From a virus (lineage: Duplodnaviria; Heunggongvirae; Uroviricota; Caudoviricetes): DNA of 64,000 nt. The notes beneath the pieces were generated by a model that was not told where the DNA came from, did no database searches, and saw only the letters and a program-made list of their open reading frames with translations. The stretch lies in the IMG/VR virus record IMGVR_UViG_3300029702_000002. The stretch is one strand, 5' to 3'. Made by a program: the position numbers and the translations under genes. How positions within the stretch are numbered: the first letter of the stretch is position 1; each line of letters opens with the position of its first letter. Positions 57,908-64,000 of this stretch are shown piece by piece.

Positions 57908-58798
57908 TTATGCCGGTAAAGCAATTTCTAACGGTTTATCCAAAGGTTGTTTGTCGAATGCCAGCAGTGGCAGCGTGTCAGGCAGTCGACGACCAAAGTC
58001 AGGGTTTCGATACACCCCATACAACGGAGACGTAAAGCTCAGGTTGTGAATGTCCTTGAGCAACTTCACAATGCTGGCCTCGTCCACCAGACTGTCGGCA
58101 ATGTCCTGAATCGTCGTGCCACGATTCCGCCCAGCTTTTGCCAGGGAACTGTTCTTATGGTAGTCCGCCACCAGATCACGCAGTGCACGGCGACGACGAG
58201 ACTCGCTCATTGCGAACAACTCTTTGACGATCGCCTCGTTATCACCCGGGTCGGAACGAAAATGGCGCTGGAATACACGCAGTGCACTTTCATAGCTCTT
58301 CGGTCGCTCAGGGCGGATGAACTTAAACCCTGCTTTCATGGCGAAGGGATTGTATTTGCTCATCGAGGACTGGATCTCAATGATTGGCCGGTCATGCATC
58401 CTGCTAACCAGGTTAATCATTCGATAAGAGACGCCTACGCCACGATACTGAGTATCCACAACTGAGCGACTGATCACCGCAAAGTTGTTATTCACGTACC
58501 GACCCCAGTACTGGTTAGCCACGGTGGTATTAGTGGTTGGTTTCAACTTAGGAAACATGCGGTGGCGAGGTGCCAACAGTAGTTTCGGGTAAGCCATAAC
58601 CACGACGCCCACCAGACGGTCATCAAGTTCGCAGCGATAGTAAGTTGGCGCGAAAGGTTTGCCGTCTGTTTTGTAGTGAAGCGACTTAAGAGCGTGCCAG
58701 TCCTCTACAGTTCCCTTTGTAACAGTCATTCGCTCCAGAAAGTCCAGATGACGCGGAAACTCTTCAGGGCGGTAGCGTTTAATGATGATGTCCGTCAT
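57908..58798 (-). CDS. GNAT-like acetyltransferase-fold protein with C-terminal extension
   Basis: 296 aa; GNAT motif A/B-like AVISRSVVDTQYRGVGVSYRMINLV and PFAMKAGFKFI; last gene of a four-gene coupled operon. Confidence 0.4.
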   Translation of the reverse strand: MTDIIIKRYRPEEFPRHLDFLERMTVTKGTVEDWHALKSLHYKTDGKPFAPTYYRCELDDRLVGVVVMAYPKLLLAPRHRMFPKLKPTTNTTVANQYWGRYVNNNFAVISRSVVDTQYRGVGVSYRMINLVSRMHDRPIIEIQSSMSKYNPFAMKAGFKFIRPERPKSYESALRVFQRHFRSDPGDNEAIVKELFAMSESRRRRALRDLVADYHKNSSLAKAGRNRGTTIQDIADSLVDEASIVKLLKDIHNLSFTSPLYGVYRNPDFGRRLPDTLPLLAFDKQPLDKPLEIALPA

Positions 58799-59460
58799 GA
58801 ATGGACCTCATCATGACTACCATTGTGATATTCCACCTTCACGCGTTCTTTGTAGTGCTTGGTGATCTGCATATCCGGGCGCAGCGCGTTCTTCAGGTCT
58901 TCGTGAGTCGTCGCCACCATTACCGTCGCACCAACCTTTCGCGCGGCACGCTGGAGGTTAGACGCCACAACCTGAGCGGTTACACGGTCGAGAACAGCGC
59001 CGAACTCGTCAGCAGCCCACACTTTAGCGCCTGACTCAATCAGTTTGGCAATCTTGAGACGATATTTCTGGCCGTCTGACATTTCAGAAGGCTTGCGAAC
59101 AAACAGATATGCATCGTTCAGACCAGCCATAGATAACAACCCAAGCGCATCACTGGTCGTTTTGCCCAACTGATCGATGACGTTAACCTCATTATCGAAG
59201 GTAAAATCATCGATGGAGGCTACAGACAGCCCTTCATCCTTCATCTGTCGTTGCAACTCGCGCAGCACAACGGATTTGCCGGAACCGGATTGGCCGGTGA
59301 TGTACACCACATCGCCCTGCTTCACTTCCAGCTCCAGATTGTCGTAAAGCGTCCACTCTTTTTCGTCCAGGCCAAGCCCGAACGACTCAGCGATTTCCAA
59401 CGTGCGCGTGGTTTTATTTACGCGTGTCTGAAACGATATGTTGATGATGTATTTGCTCAT
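58795..59460 (-). CDS. ABC-type ATPase (stand-alone)
   Basis: 221 aa; Walker A GQSGSGKS; ABC-signature-like MSDGQKYRL; Walker B WAADEFGAVLD; H-loop-like ATTHED. Confidence 0.65.
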   Translation of the reverse strand: MSKYIINISFQTRVNKTTRTLEIAESFGLGLDEKEWTLYDNLELEVKQGDVVYITGQSGSGKSVVLRELQRQMKDEGLSVASIDDFTFDNEVNVIDQLGKTTSDALGLLSMAGLNDAYLFVRKPSEMSDGQKYRLKIAKLIESGAKVWAADEFGAVLDRVTAQVVASNLQRAARKVGATVMVATTHEDLKNALRPDMQITKHYKERVKVEYHNGSHDEVHS

Positions 59461-60158
59461 GCAGCCATCTCCCCGGAAGAGATCTTCTCCGCATATGCCA
59501 CAAATGCGTCTACCCCGCTTTCTCCCGTCATTTCTTCCATATGGGCAAGCAAATCACCAACAACAATGGCAGAGCCAGCAGGGAGCGTTTTAAAGCCCAA
59601 TACGTCGACAACACGTACTTCTTCCGCTGCAACTTCACGACTGATCTCGGTGTGTTCATCCTTCTGTCGTTTAGTTTCTTCGCCAAGATCGATAACTAGC
59701 GAGTCGGTGTCCATTTCTTCTGTCATACTGCCAACGAGAACATTCAACTCACGCTCTTCAAAGCCGAAAACCTCGATATCGTCCAGAACAAGCGACTCAA
59801 GCTCTTTCTGTAGCTTAATTGCATCGTAATCAATGCTGGCAAGTCGGTTATCTTCAAGGCGCTTCGCACGAACCTCGTCATCACTGAGATCATCGCGAAC
59901 AATAACCGGTACGCGCTCAAGTCCAGCAAAAATTGCAGCCTCACGGCGGCCGTGGCCAGTAATAATTACGTCGTTCTTATCGACCGTAATTGGCTGGTCA
60001 AATCCGCGCTTTTTAATGGCTGCGGCCAGATCTCGGATCTGCTGTTCATCATGCTTTTTGGCATTCATCTCATAGGGAATAAGATCTGCCGGGTCGCGAT
60101 ATACGATTTCAAACTTTTTGGTCATTACATACGCTCCTTGTAGTAGTCGACCAGCCAC
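59457..60158 (-). CDS. ParB-like nuclease-domain protein
   Basis: 233 aa; ParB/Srx-fold motif ITGHGRREAAIFAGLERVPVIV (compare ParB GERRxRA). Confidence 0.65.
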   Translation of the reverse strand: MAGRLLQGAYVMTKKFEIVYRDPADLIPYEMNAKKHDEQQIRDLAAAIKKRGFDQPITVDKNDVIITGHGRREAAIFAGLERVPVIVRDDLSDDEVRAKRLEDNRLASIDYDAIKLQKELESLVLDDIEVFGFEERELNVLVGSMTEEMDTDSLVIDLGEETKRQKDEHTEISREVAAEEVRVVDVLGFKTLPAGSAIVVGDLLAHMEEMTGESGVDAFVAYAEKISSGEMAA

Positions 60159-60823
60159 ACCAGAGCCTCACCAGCGTTCTCCATTTCATTACCGGTGTTA
60201 ATAGCCTGCTCTTTGATGATGTTTTTTATGGTTTCTGCAACACGATCTGACGCATCGAAAGTTACTTTGAAGCGCATGGTCTGATGTTCCGCACCCACAC
60301 GTTCGGTTTTCTCTCGTTTGTCGGTATCGACAGGCTCATCACTACCACGAGACAACGCCTCCAGTGCTTCAAGGTCGATTGCCGCCTCTTTTGCTAAAAC
60401 CATCGAGATTTCGTCGTCATACGGGGCGATTTCAGACAGTTGATAGTCAAGTTCTGACTGAATTTCTTCAATGAAGCGTTGCAATGCGATTTGGTCGTCT
60501 TCACCGTATCGCTCGTTGTCCACCAGTGACATCTGTTTAGCTACGACATCGCTAATTTTGCCCACAGAAAGCACCGGAACCGTTGAAATTCCTTGCTCAA
60601 TAGCAGCACGCCAGCGATGTTCGCCGCCGAGGATTTCAAAAAATCCATCTTCAAGTTCACGAGCCAAAATTGGCTTAAAAAAGCCCAATTTTTCGATAGA
60701 ACCTTTCAGTTTTTCAAAATTCTGCGCACCAACCGAATTGGTGTTCCAGGTATTCGGGCGAAGGTTGGCAACATCAACCTGCAAAATCGTGATTTTTACA
60801 TCCATTTTATTGCTACAATCCAC
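60125..60823 (-). CDS. ParB-like nuclease-domain protein (second paralogue)
   Basis: 232 aa; ILGGEHRWRAAIEQGISTVPV; first gene of the four-gene operon. Confidence 0.65.
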   Translation of the reverse strand: MDCSNKMDVKITILQVDVANLRPNTWNTNSVGAQNFEKLKGSIEKLGFFKPILARELEDGFFEILGGEHRWRAAIEQGISTVPVLSVGKISDVVAKQMSLVDNERYGEDDQIALQRFIEEIQSELDYQLSEIAPYDDEISMVLAKEAAIDLEALEALSRGSDEPVDTDKREKTERVGAEHQTMRFKVTFDASDRVAETIKNIIKEQAINTGNEMENAGEALVWLVDYYKERM

Positions 60824-60842
60824 TAAGTAATCACTTACTTAT
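60824..60842. promoter_or_regulatory. intergenic motif TAAGTAATCACTTACTTAT in a divergent promoter region
   Basis: Motif-family member immediately upstream of the ParB-like gene start, between divergent operons. Confidence 0.4.
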
Positions 60843-60887
60843 TATAATAGCCAAATAACATACAAAAGGCACTAAGGAAAGAGGTTT

Positions 60888-62447
60888 ATGACTGTTCGGA
60901 TTGTATCTAACGCAGTTAATGCGCTTATTTCTGGCGCAGATGACAAGGTAAAGCAAATGGTGCAACAGATGTTGAGCTACGAAGTCGAGACTGGCGACTG
61001 GAAGGGCACAAGCACGATGTTCAACTGGAGTAAAAACTCGTTCCCTGCTGGCTTTGCCAAGCCTGTAGCGGCGAACTTGAACAAGGCGGGCATCAAATGT
61101 GTTCATATCCGCAAAGACAAAGCCCCGGCGCTTGGTAAACCAAATCCGGCGGTTAACCCATTCCCATACAATCCTGATTATGCGTATCAGGATCAGACTG
61201 TGGAAACACTGGTTCGAGAGGGAATGATGATTGCGCAGATCGCTACTGGTGGCGGGAAATCTAACGTTGCCTGCAAAGCAGCTGCACGTATCGGTCGAAT
61301 GACATTATTTTTAACAACCCGCTCTGTTCTGATGTTTCAAATGGCCGAAAACTTCCAGAGATCCATCGACTACCGCGCCGAAAATGGCGAACCGTGGTTA
61401 AAGGGCCAAAAGGTTGGAGTCATTGGCTCGGGTGAGTTCCAGGTATCACGACATATCAACGTCGCTACAGTTCAAACTCTGGCAAGTTTCCTTGAAGAAC
61501 CACCACGCGATGCAACACCAGATAAAAAGAGCTACCACCTCAAACGTCGGGAGTTGGTGAAACGCTTCCTTTCAAGTGTGTCTCTGCTTATTCTGGAAGA
61601 AGCGCATGAGTCTTCAGGCTCTAATTTCTATGACATTGCCAGATTATGTGTGAACGCAGACTATCGTCTGGCGCTTACAGCCACGCCGTTCATGAAGGAT
61701 TCGACGGAAGCCAACATGCGCCTGATGGCGGTGGCCGGGCGAATTGAAATTAAAGTCACAGAAAAGTACCTGATTGATCGAGGCATTCTGGCAAAGCCGT
61801 ACTTCCTTTATCATAAAGTTGCCTACAAGCCAGACGAGGCCAGAATCAAGGCCGAACTTGCCAACAAACACCTCAATTTTAGAGTTGGTATGAGCACCGC
61901 CTACCAAAAGGCTTATCAGTTGGGGATCGTGTATAATTTGGGACGTAACGAGGCCATAGTGCGCGAGGCATTGCTTTATAAGCAACATTCACTCAACTGC
62001 ATGACTCTGGTTCGTCTTAAACGCCACGGGCAAATCCTGATGGAGATGATGAAGGAGTCAGGTCTTAAAGTTGATTTCATCTATGGGGAATCTAACCAGA
62101 CGACAAGGCAAGCAAAGCTGAACAGTTTAGCGTCTGGAGAAATAGATGTTTTAATAGGCTCGACTATTCTGGATGTCGGTGTTGATGTGCCAAGCGTTGG
62201 TGCGGTCATTCTTGCTGGTGGTGGGAAAGCAGAAGTTGAAATGAGGCAGCGTGTCGGTCGTGGCTTACGAGCCAAAAAAAATCAGGCAAACGTGTGTTTT
62301 ATCACTGATTTCATTGACATTAGCAACAAATACCTGTTGTCTCACTCTTATGAGCGAAAACACATCATCGACACCACACCTGGCTTTGCAGAAGGTGTAT
62401 TGCCTATTGATGGAGCATTCGATTTTGGAGTTCTGAAACGAGATTAG
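60888..62447 (+). CDS. superfamily-2 helicase (DEAH-box-like)
   Basis: 519 aa; Walker A ATGGGKSN; DEAH-like LILEEAHE; C-terminal helicase motif VGRGLR. Confidence 0.7.
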   Translation: MTVRIVSNAVNALISGADDKVKQMVQQMLSYEVETGDWKGTSTMFNWSKNSFPAGFAKPVAANLNKAGIKCVHIRKDKAPALGKPNPAVNPFPYNPDYAYQDQTVETLVREGMMIAQIATGGGKSNVACKAAARIGRMTLFLTTRSVLMFQMAENFQRSIDYRAENGEPWLKGQKVGVIGSGEFQVSRHINVATVQTLASFLEEPPRDATPDKKSYHLKRRELVKRFLSSVSLLILEEAHESSGSNFYDIARLCVNADYRLALTATPFMKDSTEANMRLMAVAGRIEIKVTEKYLIDRGILAKPYFLYHKVAYKPDEARIKAELANKHLNFRVGMSTAYQKAYQLGIVYNLGRNEAIVREALLYKQHSLNCMTLVRLKRHGQILMEMMKESGLKVDFIYGESNQTTRQAKLNSLASGEIDVLIGSTILDVGVDVPSVGAVILAGGGKAEVEMRQRVGRGLRAKKNQANVCFITDFIDISNKYLLSHSYERKHIIDTTPGFAEGVLPIDGAFDFGVLKRD

Positions 62448-62753
62448 TTATGAGCGAAAAGAAAACAACTTATTGTCAGGTAGCATTGTCTGATAAGGCC
62501 AATGACAAACTTGGAAAGTTTCAAGTGAAACTAAAAGAAAAAATATCAAAATGTCTAAGGCTGAAGTCATAAATACCATTCTGGAACAATTGACAATGGC
62601 CGACTTTGACAAGGTTATATCTTCTGTCGGGGCTTCCGCTAAGACTCGTGAGAAAATCATGCGTATCTATGAGAACTCTAATATGACAAAGGAAGATCTC
62701 GAAACGCTATTAAGCAGATTAAAATAATCACGCTATCAATTAGGGAGACAAAG

Positions 62754-63218
62754 ATGAAGTCTCCCATACTGTTCACTTTCTGTTCTAAAACTATCATGAA
62801 ATACTCGCTTCTCCCTCTACTAACGTTACCAGTGTTGATGCTTACCGCGTGCCAATCACGCCCAATATCAATCCATGACGCCAAACCAGCACCGCAGGCC
62901 AAAGTGTTCAAGTATCAAAGCGCAGCGCCAGCTACGTTGGTGGTAATGAGAGACACAGGTTTTGTAGGAGCTGGATGTGATGCTTCCATTTTCATCAACG
63001 GCGAAACTGTCGCAAAACTGGCTACAGGCGAAAAAGCGACTTTCCATTTAAATGCCGGAGAATTAATTGTGGGTGCATCTCTTGAAGGTGCAGGTTTATG
63101 TGCTCTAAACCCCGCTCGTCAAGAGCGAGAAACGACTCTGAAGAATGGAGACACAAAAGCGTTCAGGGTGTTCACCAGCAATTCTGGTGACATCGACATT
63201 CTGCCAACAACTCTGTGA
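62754..63218 (+). CDS. lipoprotein (154 aa)
   Basis: Signal peptide with lipobox LTAC (LLTLPVLMLTACQSRP). Confidence 0.55.
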   Translation: MKSPILFTFCSKTIMKYSLLPLLTLPVLMLTACQSRPISIHDAKPAPQAKVFKYQSAAPATLVVMRDTGFVGAGCDASIFINGETVAKLATGEKATFHLNAGELIVGASLEGAGLCALNPARQERETTLKNGDTKAFRVFTSNSGDIDILPTTL

Positions 63219-63222
63219 TGAC

Positions 63223-63747
63223 ATGACAACCAAAGATATTACCTACGGTATCCAAGCTGAACTCTGGCCGCGAGATTACACTAACGTTGAAAAACTACTG
63301 ATGTTCTGGCGCAGAGAACAAATTCCTGTAAGGGTCACTCTCGAAGATGGCCAGGCGTTTTGCATGTACGTTTATGGCCTCATGCCATCTCGTAACAAAG
63401 TTGACCTTTGCCCAGCCCCTTTTGACAAAGAAAATCGTATAAGGCTCCCACTTGAACGCATTAGTACAATTGAATCAGGTGTGGTTGACAGTATCGCTCA
63501 CGATTTCAAAGGTCGACTAACAGTTCACCCTGATTATGTCGATAATCGGCCATCACGCCGCGATTTTTTTGCAATTTGCAACCAAGCCTACAAAGCAAAC
63601 AAATCTATAAGGGTGTACATGGCGGATGGCCGTGAAATTGAGGGGGTGTCAGCAGGCGCAGATGCTTGTCAGGTTACACTACGTGTCGAGAACGTTAGAA
63701 AAATAGTTGTTTTGTTCGATTGGGTTGAACGAATTTTGCCTTTTTGA
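63223..63747 (+). CDS. hypothetical protein (174 aa)
   Basis: Track ORF 63145..63747 overlaps the upstream lipoprotein gene; in-frame ATG at 63223 (MTTKDITYG...) lies just after its stop. Confidence 0.45.
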   Translation: MTTKDITYGIQAELWPRDYTNVEKLLMFWRREQIPVRVTLEDGQAFCMYVYGLMPSRNKVDLCPAPFDKENRIRLPLERISTIESGVVDSIAHDFKGRLTVHPDYVDNRPSRRDFFAICNQAYKANKSIRVYMADGREIEGVSAGADACQVTLRVENVRKIVVLFDWVERILPF

Positions 63748-63750
63748 GTT

Positions 63751-64000
63751 ATGAAATCGATATTGTTACCACCATTATTTTTACTTTGCTCAGTTGCGGC
63801 AAATGCAATGGACTATAAGCCTGTCATTCAGTCGCTGATGAATGACGTGTGCTCAACGTCTCAGAATGTATCAGTTTGCATGTATCAATTTTCGGCAGCC
63901 GTAAAAGCAGGAAAAGCGATAGGTGAGAATGTGGAACTGTGTAAGAAAGTGGCAAATGAAGAACGGGCAATGTTGGATTGCGAATCTAGCGAGTCATCGG
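63751..64000 (+). CDS. secreted hypothetical protein, 5' part only (runs off the window end)
   Basis: Manual translation from ATG 63751: MKSILLPPLFLLCSVAANAMDYKPV... (signal peptide, several Cys); no stop before 64000. Confidence 0.4.
   Translation, partial: MKSILLPPLFLLCSVAANAMDYKPVIQSLMNDVCSTSQNVSVCMYQFSAAVKAGKAIGENVELCKKVANEERAMLDCESSESS

Noticed and set aside
62678-62911. Minus-strand ORF (77 aa) overlapping the lipoprotein gene start
   Set aside because: Antisense to a gene with a clear signal peptide and lipobox; no RBS.
1-64000. CRISPR arrays, rRNA genes, IS elements or transposases
   Set aside because: No regularly spaced direct repeats, no rRNA-like conserved stretches and no transposase-like ORFs were seen; the only recombinase is the tyrosine recombinase at 12706..13809.

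Overview
The window looks like a contiguous, gene-dense piece of a siphovirus-type phage genome that also carries plasmid-maintenance genes, most consistent with an SSU5/pHCM2-like phage-plasmid. This family placement is inference from gene content recalled from memory; no database search was possible. All calls rest on the supplied six-frame ORF track plus motif recognition by eye. Most genes run on the minus strand. Modules, in order: (1) recombination/replication: partial RecA-like recombinase, 5'-3' flap exonuclease, probable SSB, DnaE-type Pol III alpha, CobS-like AAA+ ATPase with CobT-like vWA partner, ATP-dependent DNA ligase, DnaG-like primase, DnaB-like helicase; (2) a tyrosine recombinase with an XRE-type HTH gene and a lox-like inverted repeat, a glutaredoxin, and three minus-strand tRNAs (Ser-TGA, Thr-TGT, Asn-GTT) followed by about 0.8 kb of highly structured non-coding DNA; (3) plasmid-type functions: ParA/small partner partition pair and a DUF1778-like antitoxin with GNAT toxin; (4) a lambda-like morphogenesis block: terminase small/large, portal, scaffold, major capsid, Ig-like proteins, tail tube with Ig domain, G/GT-type chaperones with a candidate -1 frameshift, tape measure, M/L/K/I/J-like tip proteins, and a 1345-aa repeat-rich tail fiber; (5) plus-strand or visibly AT-rich accessory genes with their own terminators: a PD-(D/E)xK-like protein, a HEPN-motif protein, a two-gene cassette, a GIY-YIG protein, and a lipoprotein/Sel1-repeat pair. 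The strongest candidates for something undescribed are a translationally coupled four-gene operon (GNAT-like, ABC-type ATPase, two ParB-like proteins) next to the packaging genes, the HEPN-like and PD-(D/E)xK-like island genes, a 55-bp palindromic element present twice, and a palindromic GATAAGTA/TACTTATC-type motif recurring in more than a dozen intergenic regions. No CRISPR array, rRNA or transposase was recognised.
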